Source of the DNA: Acidobacteriota bacterium
GTDB taxonomy: Bacteria > Acidobacteriota > UBA890 > WLXD01
Assembly (NCBI GenBank): GCA_963666215.2
Contig: CAXWPL010000004.1
Location: 768,001-832,000, forward strand
Length of the DNA stretch: 64,000 bases
Direction: 5' to 3'
This document shows, piece after piece, positions 28,463-39,182 of this stretch (its first letter is position 1; each line of letters starts with the position of its first letter). The notes beneath the pieces are model-generated. The model was not told the origin of the DNA. It did not search any database and saw only the letters and a program-made list of their open reading frames with translations. The position numbers were made by a program, and so were the translations under genes.

Positions 28463-29221
28463 ATGACCGATTACAACTACGAACACTTCCCGCTCGATCT
28501 CGACATGTCGACGTTCGAGGCTTTCCCGAGCGCCCTCAAAGTGGGCCAGCGTGCCCCCAGCGGAACGCTTGTGAAGGCCGACCACGGCAAGCTCATACGG
28601 CTGTCGAAGGCCTGGCGGAGCGGGCCGGCCGTCTTGGAGTTCGGCTCGATCACCTGACCGTTCTGCGGGCTGGCGGCGCCAGCCCTCGAGCCGATGGCCG
28701 AGGAATACGGCGCGCGCGGCGTGAAGTTCGCGTTCATCTATACGCGCGAGGCGCATCCGGGCGAGAAGTACGGCCACCACCAGAGCTTCGATCAGAAGCT
28801 GCGCAACGCCCGCGATATGGTTGACGCGCACAACATCCGTCGCCCGATGCTCGTCGACGATCTCGACGGCAAGGTGCACCGCGCCTATGGGTCGTTGCCG
28901 AACATGGCTTACATCATCGGTGGAGGCGGCAAAATTGTTTATCGCGCCGCCTGGACCGACGCCGGGAACCTCCGCCTGGTTCTCGATTCGATCCTCGAGT
29001 CGCGCGACCGCCGCAACAACGGCGAGCCGATGCGCCCGTTCTACGTCGAGTGGGAGGCGAGCGTCGCGCTCGACCGCGTGAAATTCGTCGAAATGCTCCT
29101 CAACGACGTTGGCCCGCGCGCCGTTACCGAGTACATCGCGGCAATCGAGGCCACGCTGGGCGCGGCGGCCGCGCGGCCGGCGCGAAAGTGGTGGGAGGCT
29201 CAGCAGTCTCCTGAGCAATAG
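28463..29221 (+). CDS. Deiodinase-like thioredoxin-fold selenoprotein (UGA 28655-28657 read as Sec)
   Basis: The two track ORFs are in one frame across TGA: VLEFGSIT-U-PFC...FIYTREAHPG. Hairpin at 28667-28685. Confidence 0.85.
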
Positions 29222-29353
29222 TCGGAGCAATAGTCGGAACCCGGGCGTCGGCCAGAGGCGGCCACGATCACGTTGCCGGACTATTCGCCGGAGCGACGGC
29301 CATCCGGCAAGCCAGGGCTCGAGTAGGAAGGCCAGGCGAAGGCGCTGGCTCGA

Positions 29354-30925
29354 TCAGCGCAGCTTGTAGCGCTGGATTTTGCCGGTGGCGGTCTTGGGGA
29401 GCTCGTCCACGAGCTCGACCCAGCGCGGGTACTTGTAGGGCGCGATCGAGGATTTGACGAAGTCCTGCAGGGATTGCTTGAAAGAGCCCTCCCCGTCGTC
29501 CCCGTCGAGCACTTCGATCTCTCCCAGCTCCGATCGAGCAGCGTCGGTGAGCACGACGAACGCCTTCGGTTTGATCATCCCGGCTTCGTCTTCGGCGCCG
29601 ACCACGGCTGCCTCCAACACCGACGCATGTTCTAGAAGCGCTGCCTCGACCTCGAACGGCGAGACCCAGATGCCGCCGACCTTGAGCATGTCGTCGGTGC
29701 GGCCCTGGTACCAGTAGTAGCCGTCCTCGTCGACGGTGTACTTGTCGCCGGTACGGATCCACTCTCCCTCGATGGTCTGCTTGGTCTGCTCGTGCCGGTT
29801 CCAGTACTGAGCGCAGATCGAGTCGCCCTTGACGAGCAGGTCACCGATCTCGCCGGGCGGCAGGTCGTCACCGACGTCGTCAACGACGCGGGCCTCGTAG
29901 CCCGGGACGATCTCGCCGCTCGAGCCCGGTCGCGCGCGACCGGGACGGTTGGAGATGAACATCTGCAGCACTTCTGTAGAGCCGATGCCGTCGAGGATCT
30001 CCTGACCGTAGCGCTCCTTCCAGCGCTCGTAGAGCGCCGGCGGCAGCGCCTCGCCCGCCGAGACGCACAGCCGCAAGCTGGCGAGCTCCTCGCGACCGGG
30101 CGCGTTGTCGTGAGCGAGCAGCGCTGCGAAGTTGGTCGGTACGGAATAGAAGATCGTGGGCTGAAAGCGTTGGATGACGTCGAAAACGGCTTCCGGAGTT
30201 GGAGGTCCCGGAAACAGCACCGTCGAGGCGCCGACGCTGAACGGAAAGTAGAGCGCGTTGCCGAGCCCGTAGGCGAAGAAGAGCTTGGCCACCGAGAACG
30301 TGACGTCTTCGGGCTGGATGTCGAGCACCTGGCGCGCGTACGTGTTGGCGCAGGTGCGCATGTCGTGCTGCAGGTGGACGGTGCCTTTCGGGAAGCCCGT
30401 CGTGCCCGAGCTGTACAGCCACAAACGCGTCGTCCTCGCTCATCGGCTCGGGATCAAGCTCTTCTGAAGCGGCCTGGTGCCAAGCGCTGTAGTCGATCGT
30501 CGACGGTGGAATTTCTCGGCCATCGCCGCCGACGTGCACCACGTGCCGAAGGTGAGGTGCGTTCGCGAGCACCGGCTCCACGGCGGCGTACAACGACTCG
30601 TGCACCACCGGCAGCACGTCCGCGAGTCGCGTAGCAGGTACTCGTAGTCGGGTGCGCGCAGCAACGTGTTCACCGGCACCGGTACAGCGCCGATTTTGAT
30701 GGCACCGAAGAAGATGTCGATGAACTCAGGACAGTCGGGCACCAACAACATGACGCGTTGCTCGATCTGGACGCCGGTATCGCGCAGCGCGTTACCGCCG
30801 CGGTTCACTCGCCGCAGCACGTCTCCGTAGGTCAACGTCGAGTCATCGGTGGCGTTGCGAACCGCAATGACGTCGGCGCGGCCGGCCTCGATATTGGCGT
30901 CGACAAACTCGGCGGCTGCGTTCAT
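29354..30925 (-). pseudogene. Benzoate-CoA ligase family protein with two frameshifts (~30620 and ~30425)
   Basis: Three overlapping ORFs form one adenylate-forming enzyme: MNAAAEFVDAN.. / VVHESL..EPMSEDD / WLYSSGTTGFPKG..DGIGSTE..TGD..LPKTATGKIQR. Confidence 0.85.
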
Positions 30926-31004
30926 CGGTTTCCCATCCGGTCTCTCGCGGCTACGTTCATCGGTCTCGGAGCTCGTCGATCACGGCTGCGGCTGCTCGTG
31001 GTTC

Positions 31005-32183
31005 CTATCCGGGGAACTGGAACGCCAGCATGCGCGTTGGCCCGTCGCCCACCTTCACGCTGCGCAGCACTGTGCGCAGCCCGCGGTGGATCGCGGCAAC
31101 CTGGCCGGCGTCCTCGAGTGTTACGTAGAGCGGCTCTCCACTCGGGTGCAGCGCGAACCAGTGTGGGCCGCCCGGCAGGTCGACTTCAGCGAACTGCTGC
31201 AGCTCCGGGACCGTGAACCCGTACGCCTTCTTGGTGCCGTACGACGCCACCCACAGCTCGCGCTGGTTCGGCGTCAGCAGCATGCCATGCGTAACGGTGT
31301 TCAGCGGCGGCGGCGGCATGCCCTCGGGAATTCCGAGATCAACCGTCTCGATGACCTCATCGGTCGTCAGGTCGACGACCACGAAGCCGTTGAGCCCGGA
31401 GAGCGTCACATAGGCCCGCGACATGTCGTTGGTCAGGGCGATCGGCCTCGGGATGCCGCCCACGGGGATCTTGCGGTCGACCTCGAGAGTCTCGGTGTCG
31501 ATCACCGCGATCAGGTCATCACCCATCGAGGTGACGATCACCGTCGAGCCGTCCGCGGAGGTGTAGGCGTTGTGCTGCTGCGTACCGACGTCGATGCGCT
31601 TGACGACGGTCATCGTGTCGGTGTCGACGATGTCGCAGAGCGCGGCGTCTTCTCCCTGCCCGGCGCGGATCGGCACGATGACGTGACGGCCGTCGGCGGT
31701 GATCGTCGGCTCGTTGGGCACGGGGCCCACCGCGGCGCGACCAAGAATCTCGTGCGTGGCGACGTCGACCTTCACCAGCTCGTTGGTGGTCTCGACCGTG
31801 ATGTACAGCGTGCGGCCATCGGGCGAAGCGATGAGCCCGTGCGGTCGCAGACCAACGTCGAGGATGGCCACGGTCTCGAGCGTGCTCGGGTCGAGTTGGC
31901 GCACGCTCTCGTAGCGATCGGCAACGTAGACACGAGTTTCTCCGGCCGGTTCGGCGTCGCCGCCCGCGGTCGGCACGGCGTCGCGACCACCACCACCACC
32001 ACCGCCGCCGCCGCCGCCACCACCGCCGCAGGCGATCGGCAGGGCGAGTAGCGCCAGCACAGCGGCACGGCCGAGCGTCGCTCGGTCAGCGAGCGTGCGC
32101 CAAGAAGCCTTCGGGCGCGACGTTTCACGAGCGAGCCGCGCAATCGCGAACCAGCCGTGGTCAGGTTTCGAGCCTCGAGCCAT
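31005..32183 (-). CDS. YVTN/YncE beta-propeller lipoprotein with poly-Gly linker
   Basis: Lipobox PIAC followed by a long Gly run; repeats VGLRPHGL..SPDGRTLYIT. Confidence 0.8.
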   Translation of the reverse strand: MARGSKPDHGWFAIARLARETSRPKASWRTLADRATLGRAAVLALLALPIACGGGGGGGGGGGGGGRDAVPTAGGDAEPAGETRVYVADRYESVRQLDPSTLETVAILDVGLRPHGLIASPDGRTLYITVETTNELVKVDVATHEILGRAAVGPVPNEPTITADGRHVIVPIRAGQGEDAALCDIVDTDTMTVVKRIDVGTQQHNAYTSADGSTVIVTSMGDDLIAVIDTETLEVDRKIPVGGIPRPIALTNDMSRAYVTLSGLNGFVVVDLTTDEVIETVDLGIPEGMPPPPLNTVTHGMLLTPNQRELWVASYGTKKAYGFTVPELQQFAEVDLPGGPHWFALHPSGEPLYVTLEDAGQVAAIHRGLRTVLRSVKVGDGPTRMLAFQFPG

Positions 32184-32400
32184 TGGACGCCTCCGGAGGT
32201 TCGTGTTTGTTTCTTCAGGCCTGAGCTTTGGTACAACGCTAGGTCCCGCCGCTACGCGATATCAGTGGACGGCGAGCTCGTAGCCTACCTTCAGGATGAG
32301 CGCGCGGTCGTGCAGCGACGGACCTCCTACAACGAGCTCCCGCCCGGTATTGCGGCTCGGCTCTCTCAATAGACGCCACGCCGCTCTCCGCCCGCGCCGG

Positions 32401-34206
32401 CTAGCTCGCAGTCAACGGCCAGAGCTGCGGCAACAGCAACGTTGCCAGGAGCCAGAACAGCAGGTTCAGCGGCAGGCCCACCCTCATGTAGTCGGCGAAG
32501 CGGTAGCCGCCGGGGCCGTAGACCATCAGGTTGGTGTGGTAGCCGAAGGGCGTGCTCATTGACGACGACGCGGCGAACGCCACAGCCATCAGGAGGGTCA
32601 CCGGGTTGACGCCGAGATCGTGGGCCGTGGCGATGGCGATCGGAACGAGCAGTACCACAGCGGCGTGGTGCGACATGATCGAGGCGAAGACGGTGGCGAG
32701 CAGGTAGAACGCCGAGACGAGGGCCACGGGACCGTAGGCGCCGGTGGCGTTCAGTACCCCTCTGGCCACGAGCTCCGCGGTGCCGCTGTTCTCGATGGCG
32801 ATGCCGAGCGGGATGACGCCAGCCAGCAGGAGGATCACCGACCAGTCGATGGCGTCGTAGGCCTCCTGCGGGGTGATACAACCGGCGGTGAACATCAAGA
32901 CGCAGCCGAGCAATGACGCCGCAAGGATGGGCATGGCGCCGGACGCCGCCATGACGACGACGAAAGCGAGAATCATCAGGGCGTAGGTGCCCTTGCCGCT
33001 GCGAAGCTCGGGAAGATCCACTTGACGCAGGCCGAGGAAATCGGAGCTGTGGATCAGGCTGTCGATGGCTTCGCGGCGCCCTTGGAGCAAGAGAGTGTCG
33101 CCGACGCTCAGAATGATGTCGCCGACGCGCTCGCGGATCGTTTGGTCGTGCTGACGGATGGCGAGGGCGAACACGCCGTGCTGGCGGCGGAAATCCACCT
33201 CCGCCAGCGTGCTGCCGACGAGCGACGAGCCCGGTGCGATGATCGCCTCGGCGAGCGTTGTTTCCTCGCTCGACAGATCGCGGTCGGCGTACTTTTCGCG
33301 CGGCCGGATTGTCAGCCCTTCGGAATGGGTCATGCTCAAGATCTCCTCGAGCTTGCCCTTGACGAGCAGGAGAGCTCCTGCCTGCAACTCGACGTCATGG
33401 ATCGCGCTCGAGTGCCGTACTTCGCCGTGCCAGATCTCGACCACCGCGACGCCGTAACGCTCGCCCACATGGGCGCTCGCGAGCGTCTCGCCCACGAAGT
33501 GCGAGTCGTCCCCAACCTCCAGCGTCGTCAGATAGCCACCGAGGTCGTACTTGCCGGTCAAGCTGTCGGCCGACTGCCGCTCGGGAAGAAGGCGTCGCGC
33601 GGCGACGAAGAGGTAGGGCACTCCGATGAGAAAAAAGACGCCCCCGAGCTTGGCGAACTCGAACATCGACAACGCGCGGATGCCGCGATCGGCAGCCATC
33701 GAGTTGACCAGGATGTTCGTCGAAGTGCCAATGAGGGTGCAGGTGCCACCGACGATCGAGGCGAACGAGATCGGAATCAACAACCGCGACGGACTGATGC
33801 CCGTTTTCTTGCAGATCGTCAGCGTGATCGGCAAGAACACCGCGACCGCCGCGGTGTTGTTGATGAACGCCGAGATGATGCCCACCGTGAGCAGCAGAGC
33901 GATGAAGATCGTCGCTTCGCCGCCGCTACCCAGGCGGCGCAGCATCAGCGAGCTCACCGCTCCCACGATGCCCGTCCTGAAAAGGCCGGCGCTCAGAACG
34001 AACATCGCGGCGATCGTCACCGTGGCGGTGTTGCTGAACCCCGAGAGCGCCTCCTCAATGCTCAGGAAGCCTGGTCGGAAGAGGCCGATGACCAGCAGGA
34101 CGGTGAGGATCGAAACCGAGACGACGTCGTAGCGGATCTTCTCGGTGACGAAAAGGACAAGCGCGACAAGGACGATCGAGCAAACCAGTAGCGTGTCGAC
34201 GCTCAT
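32401..34206 (-). CDS. SLC13/DASS permease with TrkA-C domains
   Basis: SAFINNTAAV, GGTCTLIGTSTN, TPFGYHTNLMVYGPGGYRF. Confidence 0.92.
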   Translation of the reverse strand: MSVDTLLVCSIVLVALVLFVTEKIRYDVVSVSILTVLLVIGLFRPGFLSIEEALSGFSNTATVTIAAMFVLSAGLFRTGIVGAVSSLMLRRLGSGGEATIFIALLLTVGIISAFINNTAAVAVFLPITLTICKKTGISPSRLLIPISFASIVGGTCTLIGTSTNILVNSMAADRGIRALSMFEFAKLGGVFFLIGVPYLFVAARRLLPERQSADSLTGKYDLGGYLTTLEVGDDSHFVGETLASAHVGERYGVAVVEIWHGEVRHSSAIHDVELQAGALLLVKGKLEEILSMTHSEGLTIRPREKYADRDLSSEETTLAEAIIAPGSSLVGSTLAEVDFRRQHGVFALAIRQHDQTIRERVGDIILSVGDTLLLQGRREAIDSLIHSSDFLGLRQVDLPELRSGKGTYALMILAFVVVMAASGAMPILAASLLGCVLMFTAGCITPQEAYDAIDWSVILLLAGVIPLGIAIENSGTAELVARGVLNATGAYGPVALVSAFYLLATVFASIMSHHAAVVLLVPIAIATAHDLGVNPVTLLMAVAFAASSSMSTPFGYHTNLMVYGPGGYRFADYMRVGLPLNLLFWLLATLLLPQLWPLTAS

Positions 34207-34345
34207 GTGGGCGCTCTCTTTGATCAAGCGGGCGTTGCGCTCGGACAAGCGCCCCCGGGCGGGCCGATTGCCGAGTCGATGGACCGCAGGACGGTAGCAT
34301 CCGACGCGGGACGAACGCGATCGGGGCGCTAGCTGGCGGTATCGA

Positions 34346-34540
34346 TCATGCGAACCCGAAGCCACTCAGAACGCTCGAGAAGATCGCCAGGCCGGTCACC
34401 CAGAAGCCGAGCTGGCGACCGGCGACGAAGAAGTCGCGCGACGAATGGGTGCGACGCATGGCCCACAGCCCGACGCCGATGCACAGGAGCAGGTAGATCA
34501 ACACGCAGCCGAGGATGATCGGGTAGCGGTATGTCTCCAT
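34346..34540 (-). pseudogene. N-terminal fragment of a sodium:solute symporter
   Basis: IGVGLWAMRRTHSSRDFFVAGRQLG..GLAIFSSVLSGFGF then stop; the rest of the protein is absent. Confidence 0.7.
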
Positions 34541-35047
34541 CAGCTGCCCTCGCCGTCATCGCTTGTGGTTGACCGCTTGGCCTCGACCAGGCTGTGGAAC
34601 TCCGCCTGATCCTGCTCCGTGTAGATCCACCGAGAAAAGCCATGCGCGTACAACAACCCGTACAGCGCCGGTAAGGGCCAGAGCACGTACAGCATCATTG
34701 CCGTGGACGGCGGTAGCGATAGCCAGAGCGGTTGCGCCGCGTCGCCGATCGAGGCGCGATACAGGCCAACGAGCAACGTCCAAGCGCCCAGGTAGAGGGC
34801 GGTAACGAGAATCACGGCCGCCGAACGCCATCAGGGTGGAGAACAGCAGCACGAGCAACAGTCCGAATACCCAGGCGTAGGCCATGACGGGCCCGTGGCG
34901 CGTCGCAGCGGGGCCACCCTGGCGCATGGCCGCGTGGTCGGGGTGGATGATCCCCGTGGCGTTGTCGGCGGCAGGCACGAAGAGCCCGAGCCAGACCAGC
35001 ACCACAACAATCGCCAGGCACCAGGCGAAGAGGATCTTGTCGAGCAA
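34540..35047 (-). pseudogene. Small membrane protein (symporter partner-like) with a frame break at ~34815
   Basis: Hydrophobic LLDKILFAWCL...LMAFGGR continues in another frame as VILVTALYLG...LPPSTAMMLYVLWPLP. Confidence 0.55.
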
Positions 35048-35058
35048 GGAGCGGCCCT

Positions 35059-36486
35059 TCAGTTGCGGCCCACCATTGCGGCCAGCTCGTTGGCCGTACG
35101 CGGCAGACCCGAGGACAGCAGCTCGGCGCCGTCCGCCGTCACCAGCACGACATCCTCGGTGAACACCGCGATCTGCTCGTCGTGGTTGTAGTACCAGGGC
35201 TCGACGGTGAACACCATGCCGGGCTCGAGTCGGGCGGTGCCGCTTGAAGGGTCGCCGCTCGACAGACCGATGTGGTGGCCGAAGAACAGCCCGGCCTGCA
35301 TGTACTTGCGGTGCTCGGCAGGGATCGTCGCCTCGCCGATGCGTTGCAGCTCGGGCAGCGTGGTGCCCGGGCGAATCGCCGCGATGATGGCGTTGGCGGC
35401 GCCGATTTCCATGGTCAGGATCTCCTCCTGGCGCGGCGTGAAGGCGCCGCTCACGGGAAACGTCCGGCCGATGTCGCTGATGTAGCCGTTGATCTCGCAG
35501 CCAACATCGAGGATCACCAGGTCGCCGGCCTCCATGGAGCGATTGCGACGGTTGTAGTGTGCCGCCAGGAGGCGCCATGGCCACAGAGAGTTGGGGCCCG
35601 ACTTGACGATCGGCGTGAACGGAATCCGCTGCGCGCCGCCGGCGCGGCAGCCGGCCTCGAACTCGCCTTGCAGAGTGCGCTCGTCGACGCCGGGGCGCAC
35701 GTGGCGGGCGGCGCGGCCGATCGCCGTCACCGTGAGCTTGGCTGCCGCGCGTAGTGCGTCGACTTCGGCGGCCGACTTGATCATCCGCAAAGCCGCGATT
35801 TCCGGATACGCGTTCAGCAGACGCGCATCGGGCTGGCGGCGCCGCAGGTAGTCAACGAATCCGTCGACCACAGGACGCCTGGCGATGGGCGCGGGTGCTC
35901 CCGCGGGAGCGGCGGCGCGCTCACCGACAACCGGTCCAGGTCGCTCCACGTTGACCCACAGCGTCGACCCTGCTGAAGTCCATTCGGCAAGCCTGGTGTC
36001 GAGCTCGTCGATGGAACGGATCGCATCAACGCCCGACCGCGGTAGCAGGTCCGCGTCGTCGATGAGCGCACGCCCCGGGAAATCGTTGGGGCGTGAGGCG
36101 CTCTCGAAACGTGCGTCGGTGACGGGCACGAACAGAGTCGCGCGGCCACCCTCGCCCGCTTCGATTGTCAGCACCGAGTCGGGCAGCTCGAGGCCTGTGA
36201 AGTAGAGAAAGTCGTCGAGCTGTCGGAAGGTCTCACCGTCCGACCGACCTTGCTGTGCCGGCGCCAGGTACACGCCGCTGCCGCCGGCCTCGGCCGCAGC
36301 GATACCGTTGGCGAGACGGTGCCGCCGCGCGCTGTGCTCCGCCTCGTCGAACTGCAACTTGCTCCAGTCGAAGAACGGCTGCGGCGGTGTTGTTGCTGTT
36401 TGTGCGTGCACAACGCTCGCCGCCGCCAAGACGAGCACGGCCGCGAGTCGAGCCCGACCCCCTAGAGCCGAAGCCGAGAGCGACAA
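35059..36486 (-). CDS. Xaa-Pro aminopeptidase (M24)
   Basis: FRQLDDFLYFTG, LRMIKS, DVGCEINGYISDIGRTFP, GHHIGL, TVEP, ED. Confidence 0.9.
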   Translation of the reverse strand: MSLSASALGGRARLAAVLVLAAASVVHAQTATTPPQPFFDWSKLQFDEAEHSARRHRLANGIAAAEAGGSGVYLAPAQQGRSDGETFRQLDDFLYFTGLELPDSVLTIEAGEGGRATLFVPVTDARFESASRPNDFPGRALIDDADLLPRSGVDAIRSIDELDTRLAEWTSAGSTLWVNVERPGPVVGERAAAPAGAPAPIARRPVVDGFVDYLRRRQPDARLLNAYPEIAALRMIKSAAEVDALRAAAKLTVTAIGRAARHVRPGVDERTLQGEFEAGCRAGGAQRIPFTPIVKSGPNSLWPWRLLAAHYNRRNRSMEAGDLVILDVGCEINGYISDIGRTFPVSGAFTPRQEEILTMEIGAANAIIAAIRPGTTLPELQRIGEATIPAEHRKYMQAGLFFGHHIGLSSGDPSSGTARLEPGMVFTVEPWYYNHDEQIAVFTEDVVLVTADGAELLSSGLPRTANELAAMVGRN

Positions 36487-36495
36487 GCTAGAGGA

Positions 36496-37914
36496 TCACC
36501 GGCGCTCGGAGCCGGCGCCGCTGCTGTTGCTCGCGACGGACTCGAGGTAATCGAACAGCACGTTCGACATCACTCGCATGCCGATCGGTACCGAGGCATC
36601 GTCGGCCTGGAAAGTCGGCGTGTGGTGGCCACCCGAAGTGGTGCCAGCCTTTACCGTCCCCAGCCGGAAGTAGAAGCCGGGCACCTCGTTGGCGAAGATC
36701 GCGAAGTCCTCGCCGCCCATTGTCGGCGGGATCTCGATCGTGTTGTCGCCGCCGATCACACGCCGGATCGTTGGCACCATGGCGTTCGTCAGCTCGGGAT
36801 TGTTGATCGTTGCGGGAGTCACACGGTCGTAGTCGAGCTCGTAGGTGCCGCCGTACGCCTGCGTGAGGCCGTCGAGAAGCTCCGCCATGCGCACTTCGAT
36901 CTTGTCGCGTGCTTCCGCGCTGTAGGTCCTGACGGTTCCCTCGAGGTGAACCTCGGCGGGGATGATGTTGAAGCGCTGCCCGCCCTGGATGATGCCAACG
37001 GTCACCACGCTCGGTTCCAGCGGGTCGAGGTTGCGGGAGCGGATCGTCTGCAGAGCGAGAACGGTCTCCGAGGCGATCACCACCGGGTCGACCGAGAGGT
37101 GCGGGGCCGCGCCGTGCGCCTGGGTGCCGCGGATGTCGATGCTGAAGTGATCCACGGCCGCGAACGCCGGTCCCACCGTGTATCCAACGGTGCCAACCTC
37201 CATCTCCGAAAAGGAGTGCAGCCCGAAGATCGCCGCTGGTCGCGGGTTGTCGAGCGTTCCCTCGGCGAGCATCAGCTCGGCGCCGCCAACTTCTCCTTCT
37301 GGCGGGCCTTCCTCAGCAGGTTGAAAGATGAACTTCACCGTGCCCGGCAGCAGCTCGCGCATCCCCGCCAGAACCGACGCCACCCCAAGCTGTACGGCCG
37401 TATGAATGTCGTGGCCGCACGCATGCATGACGCCGACTTCCTGGCCGAGCCAGGCTATGCGCACGTTCGACTTGAACTCGTACGGCGTGTCCTCAGTGAC
37501 GGGCAACGCGTCCATATCGGCACGAACCGCCACCACCGGTCCGGGGCGTCCGCCCTTCAGGATTCCGATCACGCCGGTGTGCGCGATGCCCGTTTGCACG
37601 TCGATGCCAAGGTTGGTGAGGTGATCGGCAACCATCTTGGCGGTTTCGAACTCGCGGTTGCCGAGCTCGGGGTTCTGATGAATGCGATGGCGCAGCTCGA
37701 GGATCGCGGCGCTGTGGTTTGCCACGGCAGTGGCAATGGCGTCGGATCGCGACTGCGATTGCAGCGACGCGACCGGCGAGGCGAATGAGGCGGTGGTCAC
37801 AATGCCGCTCGCGGCGAACACGCAGGCAAGGGCCGCGAGGCGCAGGCTCGTGGCCTGCCCAAGCGAGCTGCACGGCCCGCGAAAAGCACTCGGCGACGTT
37901 GGAACGGTTGGCAT
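36496..37914 (-). CDS. M20D amidohydrolase
   Basis: IHQNPELG, RADMDALP, MHACGHD, FQPAEEG, GEDF, HH. Start uncertain. Confidence 0.92.
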   Translation of the reverse strand: MPTVPTSPSAFRGPCSSLGQATSLRLAALACVFAASGIVTTASFASPVASLQSQSRSDAIATAVANHSAAILELRHRIHQNPELGNREFETAKMVADHLTNLGIDVQTGIAHTGVIGILKGGRPGPVVAVRADMDALPVTEDTPYEFKSNVRIAWLGQEVGVMHACGHDIHTAVQLGVASVLAGMRELLPGTVKFIFQPAEEGPPEGEVGGAELMLAEGTLDNPRPAAIFGLHSFSEMEVGTVGYTVGPAFAAVDHFSIDIRGTQAHGAAPHLSVDPVVIASETVLALQTIRSRNLDPLEPSVVTVGIIQGGQRFNIIPAEVHLEGTVRTYSAEARDKIEVRMAELLDGLTQAYGGTYELDYDRVTPATINNPELTNAMVPTIRRVIGGDNTIEIPPTMGGEDFAIFANEVPGFYFRLGTVKAGTTSGGHHTPTFQADDASVPIGMRVMSNVLFDYLESVASNSSGAGSERR

Positions 37915-37986
37915 GGGTACGGATCCCGGGTGGGCTCGCCGTCCGGAGTAAGCAGACAAGAATCGGCTAGCGGGCAAGAAAAAAGG

Positions 37987-38059
37987 CTCCTGAGGCTGGA
38001 CTCGAACCAGCAACCCTCCGGTTAACAGCCGGATGCTCTGCCAATTGAGCTACTCAGGA
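37987..38059 (-). tRNA. tRNA-Asn(GTT)
   Basis: TCCTGAGTAGCTCAATTGGCAGAGCATCCGGCTGTTAACCGGAGGGTTGCTGGTTCGAGTCCAGCCTCAGGAG. Confidence 0.97.
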
Positions 38060-38171
38060 ACCGGGTGTTACACCGGTTGGCTTGGCAGTTCAACCGGCGG
38101 AAAAAGAGGTTAGCACCGGGTCCTTGGGCGGACAAATATCTTTTGCGGCGCGGTTTGGCGGCAAGACGCGG

Positions 38172-38774
38172 TCAGATTTCGCGTCGTCCCTCGAGCGCGC
38201 GGCCCATGGTGACCTCATCGGCATACTCTAGATCGCCGCCAATCGGTATGCCCGCAGCGATGCGCGAGACTTTTGTGCCGGTGGCCGCAAGCAGTCGCGC
38301 GATATAAGCGGCGGTGGCCTCCCCCTCAACCGTCGGGTTGGTGGCGATGATCACCTCGGTGACCTGGTCGCGAGTGACGCGCTCCAGTACCTCGTCGAGG
38401 TGCAGCTCGGCGGGGCCGATTCCGTCGAGCGGCGACAGCACGCCTCCGAGCACGTGGTATTTGCCGCGGTAGCGACGCGTGCGTTCGATGGCGGCGAGGT
38501 CGTGGCCTTCCTCCACAACACACAGCATTGCGGCGTCACGCCCGGCGTCGCTACACAGCGCGCAGGGATCGCGATCGGTGAGGTTGTTGCAGATGCCGCA
38601 GGGCTTGATTGCGGCGCGCACGTCGCGGATCGCGTCCGCAAGCCCCTCGGCCTCTTCGCGAGGCGTCTTGAGCAAATAGAAGGTCAAACGCTGCGCTGTC
38701 TTGCGGCCGATCGTCGGCAGCCTCATCAGCCGCTCCACCAGATCGGCTACCGGCGCAGATTCTTCGTATGACAT
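38172..38774 (-). CDS. recR: Recombination mediator RecR
   Basis: LPTIGRKTAQRL, C4 zinc finger, YHVLGGVLSPLDGIGP, ATNPTVEGEATA. Confidence 0.97.
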   Translation of the reverse strand: MSYEESAPVADLVERLMRLPTIGRKTAQRLTFYLLKTPREEAEGLADAIRDVRAAIKPCGICNNLTDRDPCALCSDAGRDAAMLCVVEEGHDLAAIERTRRYRGKYHVLGGVLSPLDGIGPAELHLDEVLERVTRDQVTEVIIATNPTVEGEATAAYIARLLAATGTKVSRIAAGIPIGGDLEYADEVTMGRALEGRREI

Positions 38775-38812
38775 GAGGTTTCCACACCTGCCGGGTTCCC
38801 GGCGTTGGCCGC

Positions 38813-39127
38813 CTAGCCGCCCAGCAAGCCGGCAAGTCCGCCCATACCGCCGGGCATCATTGAGCCGACCTTCTGTTGCACGGTCTCGTCGACGCTTCGG
38901 GCGGCCTCGTTGATCGCCGCCACAATTAGATCCTGGAGCATTTCGACGTCTTCGACGTCGACAACTTGTGGGTCGAGCTCCAGACTCACAAGCTGCTTGG
39001 AGCCGTCCATCGTCGCGGTCACCATGCCACCACCCGCCCCTGCCGAGATGCGCAGATCCGCGAGCTCGGCTTGCAATTCCTCCTGCATGCGCTGAGCGTC
39101 CTGCATCATTTTCTTGACGTTGAGCAT
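38813..39127 (-). CDS. ybaB: YbaB/EbfC nucleoid-associated protein
   Basis: AQRMQEEL, AGGGMV, EMLQDLIVAAINEA; lies between dnaX and recR. Confidence 0.95.
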   Translation of the reverse strand: MLNVKKMMQDAQRMQEELQAELADLRISAGAGGGMVTATMDGSKQLVSLELDPQVVDVEDVEMLQDLIVAAINEAARSVDETVQQKVGSMMPGGMGGLAGLLGG

Positions 39128-39182
39128 CGCTTCTCCTGGCCCTGGTCGCCTTGCTGTCGAGATCGAGCAGGCCGCCGATGGA

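Noticed and set aside
29213-29238. 12-bp tandem duplication GAGCAATAGTCG at the selenoprotein stop
   Set aside because: Simple slippage duplication with no coding effect.
31988-32030. GGN run (also the CAG/CAC-rich repeat at 27079-27120)
   Set aside because: In-frame low-complexity linkers after signal peptides; no sign of phase variation.
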